Origin: Alphaproteobacteria bacterium
GTDB lineage: Bacteria > Pseudomonadota > Alphaproteobacteria > DATDPM01
Direction: 5' to 3'
DNA: 64,000 nucleotides
Assembly (NCBI GenBank): GCA_041498815.1
Contig: JBGQJC010000006.1
Location: 8,447 to 72,446, forward strand
Below are positions 50,495 to 60,111 of this stretch, piece by piece. Each line of letters begins with the position of its first letter. The first letter of the stretch is position 1. The notes under the pieces were generated by a model that was not told the origin of the DNA, did not search any database, and saw only the letters and a program-made list of their open reading frames with translations. Position numbers and translations under genes: made by a program.

Positions 50495-53182
50495 TCAATG
50501 TGGGCCGGGCTTGAGACGCAGCGTGACTTCCATGATCCCCGCCTCGGCGTCGAGCCGGGCGATCGAAAATCCGAATTCGCGGCAGAGATTGAGCATGGCG
50601 CTGTTTTCCTCGAGCACATGGCCAAAAATTTCGGCCACACCCCGCCGGCGTGCATAAGCCAGAATCCGGTCCATCAGGATTCGCCCCAGGCCCCGCTTTT
50701 GGAAATCGCTGCGCACGACCACCGCATATTCGCCGCGCCGGTTGTCGGGATCGGCCATCAGGCGGACGACGCCGAGCGTCTCGTCGCCGGAGGCGGGCAG
50801 CGCGACGAAGGCCATTTCGCGGTCGTAATCGATCTGGGATAGGCGGGCGGCGAGGTCATGGGGCAGCGTCTTCATCTGGGCGAAAAAGCGCATTCGCACG
50901 TCTTGGGGCGTAAGCTTGGCGAATCCGGCGCGGATCGCCGGTTCATCCTCCGGCCGGATGGGGCGCAACAGCAGGGACGTTCCATCCGATAGCGTCACGG
51001 TCTCCTCGAGCTCGCTCGGATAGGGACGGATGGCGAAGCGCCGCGTTGCCTCGCCCTCCGGCGCGCGGGCCACTCGGATTCGGGCATCGAGCGCCATCAC
51101 GCCGTATTCGTCGGCAAGCAGCGGATTGATGTCGAGCTCGGCGATCTCAGGCGTATCGATCACGAGTTGCGAGACCTTTACCAGGGCGAAGGCGATCGCA
51201 TCGAGATCGGCCGGCGGGCGCGACCGGTAGCCTACCAGCTGCTTGTAAATTTTCGTGCGGGCCATGAGGTCGTGCGCCAGCTTCATGTTCAAGGGCGGCA
51301 GCCCCAGCGCGGTGTCGCCCACGACTTCGACCGCGACCCCGCCTTGGCCGAACAGGATGAGCGGGCCGAATTGCAGATCCGGGGCGACGCCGATGATGAG
51401 CTCGAGCGAGCCCGGCCGGTGCACCATCGGCTCGACGACGAATCCTTCGAGCCGCGCCTCGGGCTTCAGCTTGGCGATGCGCTCTTTCATCGCCTCCGCC
51501 GCCTCGCGCACGGCGCCCGCCGTCGCGAGATCGAGCACGACGCCGCCCAGGTCCGATTTGTGGGTGATGTCGGGCGAGAGAATCTTGATTGCGACCGGCC
51601 CGGCGATCTCGGCCGCGCGCATCGCCGCCGCCTTGGGCGAAGCAACGACCGTGGGCGCGACCGCCGGAACCCCGTAAGCCGAGATGACCGCCTTGGCCTC
51701 CGGCTCGGTCAGCCATTCGCGTTTTGCGCCGATGGCTTTATCGATGATGGCGCGCACGGCCGCGCTATCCGGCGCAAAGCCGCCCGGGACCGATGGCGGC
51801 GTTTCCAGAAGCAACTCCTGGTTCCGCCGGTAGCTGACTAAATGGTGGAACGCGCGCACCGCTTGCCTCGGGGTTTCGTAGGTCGGAATGCGGTTGGCGG
51901 TGAGCAGGCGCCGGGCCTCCGCCACCGAGGTTTCGCCGATCCAGCTCGTGAAGACCGTTTTCGCGCGCCGGCGCAGCGTGGCGATGACCGCCTGTGCGGC
52001 CTCGACGCTGGAGGCGACGGCGGTCGGGCAATTGAGCACCAGGATCGAATCCGTGCCGCGGTCTTCGAGCAGCGCCTCGAGCGCCGCGGCGTAGCGCGCG
52101 CCGTCCGCATCGCCGATGATGTCCACGGGATTGCCGCGCGACCAGGTTTTCGGCAGGACCGAATCGAGCCGCGCCATCGTTTCCGGCGAAAGCTCGGCGA
52201 GCCGCCCGCCCGATTCGGTCAACGCATCGGTGGCCAGCACGCCGAAGCCGCCGCCGTTGGTCAAAACCGCCAGACGGTCGCCGGCGGGCGGCCGAGCGAG
52301 CGCCAAGGTTTCCACCGCGTCGAACAATTCGTCGAGATCGTGGACGCGTAGCACCCCGGCGCGATTGAAGGCCGCGTCATAAGCGGCATCGGAGCCGGCC
52401 AGCGCCCCGGTATGCGAGGCGGCGGCGCGCGCGCTTGCTTCGTAACGCCCGGTCTTGACCACTACGACCGGCTTGGTCCGCGCCGCGGCGCGCGCGGCCG
52501 ACATGAATTTGCGGGCGTTCGTGACCGCCTCCATGTAGAGAAGAATCGCGCGCGTTCCCGGATCGAGCGCCAGATAGTCGAGCAAATCGCCGAAATCGAC
52601 GTCGGCCATGTCGCCGACCGAAATCAGATGGGAGAATCCGATGCCACGGGCATCGGCCCAATCGAGCACGGATATGGCAACCGCCCCGGATTGGGCGACC
52701 AAGGCGACATCGCCCGCCGAAGCGGCAATATGGGCAAAGGTCGCGTTCAAATGCAGCCCCGGCACCATGAGACCGAGGCAATTCGGCCCGAGAATGCGAA
52801 AGCAGTGGCAACCGGCGGCCTCAAGCATGGCGCGGCGCAGATCCTTGCCGTGCGCATCCGCGCCTTCGCCGAAACCGGCGCTGATGACGACCGCCGCCTT
52901 GGTGCCGCGCGCGCCGAGTTCCGCGATGAGCCCGGGCACGGTCTCGGGCGGCGTTGCGATCACCGCGAGATCGGGGACCATCGGAAGGTGCGCGACATCG
53001 GGATAGGTGACCACGCCCTCGATTGCCTCGTGGTGCGGGTTGACCGGCATGATCGGCCCGGCAAAGCCGGCAGCGAATAGATTGCGGGCCAGAACCGCGC
53101 CCACGGAACGAGGCTTCGTGCTTGCCCCGATGACCGCCACCGAGCGAGGCTTGAGGAGCTGATCGAGATTGCGGATGCTCAC
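50495..53182 (-). CDS. pat: Protein lysine acetyltransferase (acyl-CoA synthetase-like plus GNAT; Pat/YfiQ type)
   Basis: LGPNCLG, SHTGALAG, TNGGG, NPVDIIGDA and HKSDLGGV motifs; C-terminal GNAT domain. Confidence 0.9.
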   Translation of the reverse strand: MSIRNLDQLLKPRSVAVIGASTKPRSVGAVLARNLFAAGFAGPIMPVNPHHEAIEGVVTYPDVAHLPMVPDLAVIATPPETVPGLIAELGARGTKAAVVISAGFGEGADAHGKDLRRAMLEAAGCHCFRILGPNCLGLMVPGLHLNATFAHIAASAGDVALVAQSGAVAISVLDWADARGIGFSHLISVGDMADVDFGDLLDYLALDPGTRAILLYMEAVTNARKFMSAARAAARTKPVVVVKTGRYEASARAAASHTGALAGSDAAYDAAFNRAGVLRVHDLDELFDAVETLALARPPAGDRLAVLTNGGGFGVLATDALTESGGRLAELSPETMARLDSVLPKTWSRGNPVDIIGDADGARYAAALEALLEDRGTDSILVLNCPTAVASSVEAAQAVIATLRRRAKTVFTSWIGETSVAEARRLLTANRIPTYETPRQAVRAFHHLVSYRRNQELLLETPPSVPGGFAPDSAAVRAIIDKAIGAKREWLTEPEAKAVISAYGVPAVAPTVVASPKAAAMRAAEIAGPVAIKILSPDITHKSDLGGVVLDLATAGAVREAAEAMKERIAKLKPEARLEGFVVEPMVHRPGSLELIIGVAPDLQFGPLILFGQGGVAVEVVGDTALGLPPLNMKLAHDLMARTKIYKQLVGYRSRPPADLDAIAFALVKVSQLVIDTPEIAELDINPLLADEYGVMALDARIRVARAPEGEATRRFAIRPYPSELEETVTLSDGTSLLLRPIRPEDEPAIRAGFAKLTPQDVRMRFFAQMKTLPHDLAARLSQIDYDREMAFVALPASGDETLGVVRLMADPDNRRGEYAVVVRSDFQKRGLGRILMDRILAYARRRGVAEIFGHVLEENSAMLNLCREFGFSIARLDAEAGIMEVTLRLKPGPH

Positions 53183-53231
53183 GGCGCGGGCGGCCCGTCG
53201 CCGCAGCGGGGTCGAGATTTGAGACCGCTGG

Positions 53232-54350
53232 TCACGCGCCGAGCGCCGCCAGGGGTTCGCGATAACTTAAGCCCAAGGATTCGGCCACCGCGGCGTGGGT
53301 GACCCGTCCGCGGTGCACGTTCAATCCGGCCAGGAGATGCCGATTGCGGACAAGCGCTTTGCTGGCGCCGAGATCGGCGAGTTCCAGCACATAGGGCAGC
53401 GTCGCGTTATTGAGCGCGGCGGCCGAGGTGCGCGGCACGATGCCCGGCATATTGGCGACGCAGTAGTGGATGATTCCATCCACCACGAAGGTCGGGTCGG
53501 CGTGGGTCGTGGGCCGGCTGGTCTCGAAACATCCGCCTTGGTCGATCGCCACATCCACCAGCACCGAACCGGGGCGCATGGCGCGCACCATTTCGCGCGT
53601 CACGAGCTTGGGCGCGGAAGCCCCCGGCACCAGCACCGCGCCGATGACGAGATCGGCGTCCAGCACATTCGATTCGATCGCGCCACGCGTGGACAGCGCG
53701 GTTTCGATGCGCGGGCCGTAGATTTTCTTGAGCTCGGTGAGCCGCGGCTGCCCTTTGTTGATGACCGTGACATGGGCGAGCAACCCGGCCGCCATCTGGA
53801 GCGCGTTGGTGCCCACCGTGCCCGCCCCCAGGATCACCACCTTGGCCGGGGCAACCCCCGGCGCGCCGCCCAACAGAATCCCGGCACCCCCGGACGGTTT
53901 TTCCAGGCAATGGGCGCCGACCTGGGTCGCGAGCCGGCCGGCGATGGCACTCATGGGGGCCAAAAGCGGCAAGCCCCCCGCCTCGTCCGTCACGGTCTCG
54001 TAGGCGATGGCGGTGGCACCCGAATCGATCAAGCCGTTGGCCTGATTCGGGTCGGCCGCGAGATGCAGATAGGTGAATAGAATCTGGCCCTCGCGCAGCA
54101 GCTTGAATTCGGACGGCTGAGGCTCCTTCACCTTCACGATCATGTCCGATTTTGCGAAGATCTCCGCAGCACTTTGGGCAATCGCGGCACCTGCGGTGCG
54201 ATACGCTTCGTCGCCGATCCCAATGCCTGCGCCGGCATTTGTCTCCACCAGAACCTCGTGGCCGCGGCGCGTCAGCTCGCGCACGGACTCCGGCGTCAGG
54301 CCGACGCGATATTCGTGAATCTTGATTTCCTTGGGCACGCCGATGCGCAT
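53232..54350 (-). CDS. ald: Alanine dehydrogenase
   Basis: MRIGVPKEIK.HEYRV, FTYLHLA, DVAIDQGGC and YCVANMPG motifs. Confidence 0.96.
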   Translation of the reverse strand: MRIGVPKEIKIHEYRVGLTPESVRELTRRGHEVLVETNAGAGIGIGDEAYRTAGAAIAQSAAEIFAKSDMIVKVKEPQPSEFKLLREGQILFTYLHLAADPNQANGLIDSGATAIAYETVTDEAGGLPLLAPMSAIAGRLATQVGAHCLEKPSGGAGILLGGAPGVAPAKVVILGAGTVGTNALQMAAGLLAHVTVINKGQPRLTELKKIYGPRIETALSTRGAIESNVLDADLVIGAVLVPGASAPKLVTREMVRAMRPGSVLVDVAIDQGGCFETSRPTTHADPTFVVDGIIHYCVANMPGIVPRTSAAALNNATLPYVLELADLGASKALVRNRHLLAGLNVHRGRVTHAAVAESLGLSYREPLAALGA

Positions 54351-54405
54351 CGCTTTCCCCGTCCGGATGAGCCTAGATGGAATCTGTGCCGGGAGCGTTA
54401 CGGCG

Positions 54406-55710
54406 TCAATGACCGGGGGTGGAGCCCGCCGTCCGGAAAATTGCCTGGCGGCGCATTAGCCATAAGAGTAGGGCGAGGCCGGGAAGCGCCGCACCCGCGG
54501 CCACGAAAAAGAAATGAACCCAGCCCAGTTGCGCGGCCAGCCATCCGCCGAAAGACGCGAGAAACGTGCGCGGCACGGCGGCAAGCGAGGACAAGAGCGC
54601 GTATTGGGTGGCGGTAAAGGCGGCGTTGCAGAGCCCGGATAAATAGGCGACGAAGGCGGAGGAATTCATGCCGCCCGCGATGTTCTCCGCCGCAATCGTG
54701 ACGATGAGAAGCGCCGCGTTGTGGCCGGCCATCGCTTGAACCGCGAACATCATGTTGGCCAAAATCTGGAGAAACGCGCACAGCAGAAGCGAGCGAAGCG
54801 CCCCCAGCCGGTAAACCATGGCGCCGCCCAAAAACACGCCCAGGATCGTGGCCCCGGTGCCGAAGATCTTGCTGATGTTCGCGATCTCGATCTTGGAAAA
54901 TCCCATGGCGATATAAAACGGGCTCGACATCCCGCCCACCAGCGCATCGCCGAATTTATAGAGCACCACGAAGAGAAGAACCGGCGCCCAGGCTTCCCGC
55001 GTCATGAAATCGGCGAAGGGATCGACGACCGCGCTCTTGAGCCAGGCGCCGAAGGTTTGTCCCGCGTCAATGGGCGCAATGCCGCGCGATGGTTCGTTCA
55101 CCGACAACACCGCGATCATGCCGACGGTGACGCAAGCCGCCATCAGGGAATAGGCGAAATGCCAGCCGCCGAAACTTGCGGCATAAAGCGCGCCCGCGCC
55201 CGAGACCAGCGCCCCCACGCGCCAGCCGAATTGGGTAGCCGCGGCGCCAGCACCTTGCTCTTCCGCCGCCAGGAGATCGACGCGCAGGGCATCGATCACG
55301 ATGTCCTGGCTGGCCGACGAAAACGCGACCAGCACGGCAAAAAGCGCGGTCGTGCCGGGCGCCGAACCGGGATCGGTGCTTCCCAACAGGAGAATCGTGG
55401 CGATGAGCGAGCCTTGCGTCGCCAGCGCCCAGCCCCGCCGCCGCCCGAAGCGTTTGGTCAGCCACGGCAGCGGCGCGCGGTCCATCAGCGGCGCCCATAA
55501 GAATTTGATATTATAGGAAATTCCGGCGAGCGCGAAGAAGCCGATGGCGGTCAGCGAGACCTGGCGCTCGCTGAGCCACACGCCGAGCGTGGCGCCGATC
55601 AAGGCGAGCGGCAAGCCGCTCGAGAACCCCATGAACACGATCGCCAAGATCCGCCGGTCCCGGTAGACGGCGGCGGCGGCGATAAGGCGCTTGAAAACGG
55701 ACTCGTTCAT
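54406..55710 (-). CDS. ampG: AmpG family muropeptide MFS permease
   Basis: GFSSGLP, KFLWAP, SASQDIVIDA and ATQYALLSS motifs. Confidence 0.92.
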   Translation of the reverse strand: MNESVFKRLIAAAAVYRDRRILAIVFMGFSSGLPLALIGATLGVWLSERQVSLTAIGFFALAGISYNIKFLWAPLMDRAPLPWLTKRFGRRRGWALATQGSLIATILLLGSTDPGSAPGTTALFAVLVAFSSASQDIVIDALRVDLLAAEEQGAGAAATQFGWRVGALVSGAGALYAASFGGWHFAYSLMAACVTVGMIAVLSVNEPSRGIAPIDAGQTFGAWLKSAVVDPFADFMTREAWAPVLLFVVLYKFGDALVGGMSSPFYIAMGFSKIEIANISKIFGTGATILGVFLGGAMVYRLGALRSLLLCAFLQILANMMFAVQAMAGHNAALLIVTIAAENIAGGMNSSAFVAYLSGLCNAAFTATQYALLSSLAAVPRTFLASFGGWLAAQLGWVHFFFVAAGAALPGLALLLWLMRRQAIFRTAGSTPGH

Positions 55711-55739
55711 TCTTCAGCGCACGGCTTTGCGTGGAACGG

Positions 55740-56756
55740 TCACCGCAGCTGCTCCGCGGCGAGTTCGGCCAGAGGAACCTCGGGGCGCGCGCCGAAATGG
55801 CTGATGACCTCGCCCGCGGCGAGGCTGCCGAGCTTCCCGCAGAAAGCCAGATCATGTCCGCGGGTGAGTCCGTAGAGAAAGCCCCCGGCATAGGCATCGC
55901 CCGCCCCGGTCGAATCCAGCACCGGGCCCAGGTGAATTGGATCGATGATGTGCACTTCCTCGCCGCTCACGATCACGGATCCTTTTTCGCTGCGGGTCAC
56001 GGCCGCGATCTCGACGAGGCCGCGCACGTGTTGAAATACATCGTCGAAATCTTCGGTTTCGAACAGCGACATGATCTCGTGCTCGTTCGCGAACAGGATA
56101 TCGACGTGATTTTTCACGAGGTCGCGAAACTCCTCGCGATGACGCTCGACGCAAAAGGGATCGGAAAGCGAGAGCGCGACCTTGCGTCCCGATTTATGGG
56201 CAAGCTTCGCCGCCTTCAGAAACGCCTCCTTCGCCTTCGGCGGATCCCAAAGATAGCCTTCGAGATAAGTGATCCGAGAGAGCTCGATGATCTTCGGGTC
56301 GATATCCTCGGGCCCGAGGTCCACACAGGCGCCCAAATAGGTCTGCATCGTGCGCTGGGCGTCGGGTGTCACGAAGATCAGGCAGCGCGCGGTGGGCGGG
56401 CCGATGGTCGCGGGCGGGGTGGTGAAGGCGATGCCGACCGCCTGGATGTCGTGGCGAAAGATTCCGCCCAGCTGATCGTTGCGCACCTTGCCGATAAAGG
56501 CGCCCGTCCCGCCGAACGAGGCGAGCGCCACCATGGTGTTGGCGGCGGACCCGCCCGAAACCTCGACCGCCGGGCCCATCGCCTGGTAGAGCTCGGCGGC
56601 GCGCTTGGCATCGATCAAGGTCATGCTGCCCTTGGCGAGTCCGGATTCGGACAGGAACCCGTCGTCGGCATGGGCCAAGACATCGACAATGGCGTTGCCG
56701 ATGCCGGCAACATCCCATTTGGGCACGTCCGGTTCTGATTTGCCCCTGCCGGCCAT
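55740..56756 (-). CDS. PfkB-family carbohydrate kinase (adenosine kinase-like)
   Basis: GIGNAIVD, SGGSAANT, YLEGYLWD and DSTGAGD motifs. Confidence 0.9.
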   Translation of the reverse strand: MAGRGKSEPDVPKWDVAGIGNAIVDVLAHADDGFLSESGLAKGSMTLIDAKRAAELYQAMGPAVEVSGGSAANTMVALASFGGTGAFIGKVRNDQLGGIFRHDIQAVGIAFTTPPATIGPPTARCLIFVTPDAQRTMQTYLGACVDLGPEDIDPKIIELSRITYLEGYLWDPPKAKEAFLKAAKLAHKSGRKVALSLSDPFCVERHREEFRDLVKNHVDILFANEHEIMSLFETEDFDDVFQHVRGLVEIAAVTRSEKGSVIVSGEEVHIIDPIHLGPVLDSTGAGDAYAGGFLYGLTRGHDLAFCGKLGSLAAGEVISHFGARPEVPLAELAAEQLR

Positions 56757-56889
56757 GAGTTCTTTCGCCGCCGCCCCAATTCGGGACGGCAAGTATAGCG
56801 GGGGCGAGGCTTGCTACAAACAAGGGCGCGGACTTGCGGCGGAAGCTTGAAGCCGCTAAGTGAGGGCGGTCCGCCTTATCGGGATTCAC

Positions 56890-57588
56890 ATGTTCTCCGC
56901 CATCGCCAAGGCCGTTCATCAATTGGCAGATCCCGCCACAAGAAAGATCTTGTGGCGCAGCTTTTTCGCAAGCGCCGCCGTCTTTGTCGTGCTCATCGTC
57001 GCCGCCGAATGGCTGATCGCGAAACTCCGCCTGTTCGATTGGGCGGCGCTCAATTGGACGGCGGACATGCTGGGCGGGATCGGCGCGTTTTTCCTCGCGC
57101 TGGTGCTGTTTCCTTCGGTCGTGGCCGCGGTGCTGGGATTCTTCGTCGAGGACGTGGCGGCCGCCGTCGAGGCGAAATACTACCCCGGTCTTCCTCCGCC
57201 CCGCGTGCAGGCTCTAAGCGAGGCGATCGTAAGCGGCCTTCGGTTCGCGGGCGTCGCCATCGGCCTCAACCTTTTGGCGCTGCCCTTTTATGCGATTTTC
57301 ATCCTCGTTCCGCCCGTTAACCTTTTGCTCTTCTATGGATTGAACGGCTATCTCTTGGGGCGAGAGTACTACGAACTCTTGGCCGCGCGGCGGATGGCGC
57401 CCGAATCCATCGAGGCGGTGCGGCATGTCTTTGCCGGGCGCTTGTTTTTGGCGGGCACGCTCATCACATTCCTTTCAACCGTGCCGTTTGCTAATCTATT
57501 GACGCCGGTCTTGGCCACCGCCTTTATGGTGCATATGGTCGAGGGGCTGCGCGGCGAAGCAGCCGTCCGGCCTAAGGCTTCGAGGTAG
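56890..57588 (+). CDS. EI24/CysZ-like membrane protein
   Basis: Hydrophobic helices; EDVAAAVEAKYYP, NGYLLGREYYE and VPFANLLTP motifs. Confidence 0.8.
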   Translation: MFSAIAKAVHQLADPATRKILWRSFFASAAVFVVLIVAAEWLIAKLRLFDWAALNWTADMLGGIGAFFLALVLFPSVVAAVLGFFVEDVAAAVEAKYYPGLPPPRVQALSEAIVSGLRFAGVAIGLNLLALPFYAIFILVPPVNLLLFYGLNGYLLGREYYELLAARRMAPESIEAVRHVFAGRLFLAGTLITFLSTVPFANLLTPVLATAFMVHMVEGLRGEAAVRPKASR

Positions 57589-57690
57589 CGGGGGAGCGGC
57601 CCCGGCGTTGCCGGGCCAATAGGGGCCAAGCCCGAGTTTTGGCCCTCCCAAGGACCCGGAACGTCCTCAATCGGCGAAAAAACGCCAATA

Positions 57691-58206
57691 ATGGATACCA
57701 TGATGGACAACAGCAGAAATTCGTCCCCGCCCATGCGCCCCGAGATTGCGCCGCGCCGCAGGATGGACCTTCCCGGACTGACGCCCCGTCACGGCGACCA
57801 GCCCGAGTCCACGGCGACCGAAGGCAAGAAGCTCCTGGTCGGCCGCGACATCTTCCTGACCGGCGAGATCACCGCCTGCAACAAGCTGGTGATCGAAGGC
57901 CGCGTCGAGGCCTCGCTCGCCGAAAGCCAGTCGATCGAAATTACCGCAACCGGCCATTTCAAAGGTACGGCCGAATCCGATACCGCGGACGTCAGCGGCC
58001 ATTTCGAGGGCAAGCTCATGGTGCGCAAGAGACTGACCATCCGGGCGTCCGGCCGGGTGATGGGGGAAATCCGCTATGGCGAGATCGAGATCGAGTGCGG
58101 CGGCGTGATATCGGGGGACATCCGCACCGTGGCCGACGAAGCCGAATCCGGGAAACCGGAAGCAAGCAATTCTCCCGAAAAGCCTCTGACCCTCGAGCAC
58201 CGGTAA
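57691..58206 (+). CDS. Bactofilin (polymer-forming cytoskeletal protein)
   Basis: Beta-helix repeats LLVGRDIFLTGEI / LVIEGRVEA / VSGHFEGKL / GRVMGEIRYGEIEIECGGVISG. Confidence 0.88.
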   Translation: MDTMMDNSRNSSPPMRPEIAPRRRMDLPGLTPRHGDQPESTATEGKKLLVGRDIFLTGEITACNKLVIEGRVEASLAESQSIEITATGHFKGTAESDTADVSGHFEGKLMVRKRLTIRASGRVMGEIRYGEIEIECGGVISGDIRTVADEAESGKPEASNSPEKPLTLEHR

Positions 58207-58259
58207 TCCGAAACTGCGGGCGCGGCCGCGACGCCTAATCGCGGGGGGCGAGGTTAATC

Positions 58260-58796
58260 ATGTCAAGCCGGTGGCCGTCTGGCCGTCTTGTTCCACTTGC
58301 GGCGGTCTGTGCGTTGTTGGCCGCCTGCGCCGTGTCCGAAGGCGAGCCCGGCACCGCCGAATCCAATTCCGGACAAAGCGCTGCCACCGAAACGAAAGCG
58401 ATCGTTCAGGCGCGGCCCGACGAACCCGCGCCGCCACCGGTTGCGTCCACATCGGGTGCGGGTGCTAGTGCGGGCGCGAGCACGTCCGCCAACACCGCGG
58501 TGCGCGAAGTCCGCGCCTCCGAACTTATCGGCCTCAAAGGCGATCAGGTGACGGACCTCTTGGGACATCCGGCCTTGGTGCGGCACGATTCGGTCGCCCA
58601 GGTCTGGCAATACCGGGGCCGCGACTGCGTACTCGATGTTTTCCTTTATCCGCCGCCGGACGCGCCGAAGGCGCATGATTCCGCGCCGAGTTCCGAGCGC
58701 ACCGTCGTCTATGTCGAGCTTCGCGGCAAGGACGCGAAGAAGATCCCCGACGACCGCTGCTTCGGCGTGCTCATGTCCGGAAAGCCCGCGGGCTAG
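58260..58796 (+). CDS. Hypothetical lipoprotein with a possible SmpA/BamE-like domain
   Basis: Lipobox LAAC, low-complexity linker, LIGL....V..LLG.P...QVWQY motif. Confidence 0.7.
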   Translation: MSSRWPSGRLVPLAAVCALLAACAVSEGEPGTAESNSGQSAATETKAIVQARPDEPAPPPVASTSGAGASAGASTSANTAVREVRASELIGLKGDQVTDLLGHPALVRHDSVAQVWQYRGRDCVLDVFLYPPPDAPKAHDSAPSSERTVVYVELRGKDAKKIPDDRCFGVLMSGKPAG

Positions 58797-59451
58797 ATTT
58801 CACCGCGCGCGGAACCTCGGCGCGCGTCTTGTCCTTGAATTCGCAGAGATCGTTGATCAGGCAGCCCGGGCAGCCGGGATTGCGCGCCTTGCAAACATAG
58901 CGGCCGTGGAGAATCAGCCAATGGTGGGCGTGGCGCTTCCATTTGGACGGTATCGCGCGCTCCAGCCCGTCTTCGACCGCGCGCGGCGTCTTGCCCTTTG
59001 CCAGCCCGGTGCGGTTCGCGACCCGGAAGACATGGGTATCCACCGCAACCGTCGGCTCGCCGAAAGCGATATTGAGGATGATGTTGGCGGTCTTGCGCCC
59101 GACGCCGGGGAGCGACTCCAACGCCTCCCGGTCGTGCGGCACATGGCCGCCGTAACGATCGCGCAGAATCTTGGAGAGCGCGACGATATGCTTGGCCTTG
59201 GAGTTGAAGAGGCCGATGGTGCGGATGAAGCGCCGAAGTTTGGCCACGCCGAGCGCGGCCATCTTTTCCGGCGTATCGGCGGCGGCAAACAAGGCGGGTG
59301 TGGCTTTATTCACGCCGGTATCGGTCGCCTGGGCCGATAGCACGACGGCCACCAACATCGTGAACGGGCTTTTATAGGAAAGCTCGCCCTTGGGTTCGGG
59401 ATTTGCGGCCGAAAACCGGCGGAAAATTTCCTCGACCTTCGCTGGCTTCAT
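58771..59451 (-). CDS. nth: Endonuclease III
   Basis: LSAQATD, LPGVGRKTAN and VDTHVFRV motifs; C-terminal CKARNPGCPGCLINDLC 4Fe-4S motif. Confidence 0.97.
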   Translation of the reverse strand: MKPAKVEEIFRRFSAANPEPKGELSYKSPFTMLVAVVLSAQATDTGVNKATPALFAAADTPEKMAALGVAKLRRFIRTIGLFNSKAKHIVALSKILRDRYGGHVPHDREALESLPGVGRKTANIILNIAFGEPTVAVDTHVFRVANRTGLAKGKTPRAVEDGLERAIPSKWKRHAHHWLILHGRYVCKARNPGCPGCLINDLCEFKDKTRAEVPRAVKSSPRAFRT

Positions 59452-59546
59452 GGCGGCGATGGTAGCGGCAGGAACGCATCCCGGCAAAGCCGGGCTTTGC
59501 CAAGGGCTCCCCCGCCCACATATAAGGAATCCCAGGGGAGCGAGGC

Positions 59547-60092
59547 ATGAGCAACGCGCGGGACGGGAATAGGGCCGGGGCGGCGCCGGGCGCGCCGGCG
59601 GTGTCCGAAAGCCCTTGCGCCGCCGAGGTTTGGTTCGACGCGGTGCTTCATCCCCACCGCAGTCTCAGCCCGTTCGGGTTCCTGATCCTGATGATCGCGT
59701 TGGCCGCGGTCAGTTTTACGACCGGGATCGCGTTTCTCATGGCCGGCGCCTGGCCGGTGTTCGGCTTCTTCGGCCTCGACGTCGCCTTGGTCTATCTCGC
59801 CTTCCGCGCCAATTACCGCAGCGGCCAGGTTTACGAGACGCTCCGCCTCACCCGGGGCGAATTGGCCGTGCGCCGGGTGCTTCCCGGCGGCGAAGCCAAG
59901 ACCTGGACCTTCCAGCCCTATTGGCTGCGGGTCGAGATGGACGATCCGCCGCGCACGGACTCGGAATTGCGTCTGTCGTCCCACGGCCAATCGCTGGTGA
60001 TCGGATCGTTCCTGACGCCGGCGGAAAGATTGGAGGTCGCCCGTGCGCTCGACTCCGCCTTGGCGCGGACGCGCCGGCCGGAACCCGTCTAA
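59547..60092 (+). CDS. DUF2244 membrane protein
   Basis: LHPHRSLS, GAWPVFGFFGLD, FQPYWLRV and IGSFL motifs; usual neighbour of nth. Confidence 0.85.
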   Translation: MSNARDGNRAGAAPGAPAVSESPCAAEVWFDAVLHPHRSLSPFGFLILMIALAAVSFTTGIAFLMAGAWPVFGFFGLDVALVYLAFRANYRSGQVYETLRLTRGELAVRRVLPGGEAKTWTFQPYWLRVEMDDPPRTDSELRLSSHGQSLVIGSFLTPAERLEVARALDSALARTRRPEPV

Positions 60093-60111
60093 GCCGGCCG
60101 CTTTGCGGCAG

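Noticed and set aside
58771-58796. 26-nt convergent overlap of nth and the lipoprotein gene
   Set aside because: Short tail overlaps are common; no evidence of function
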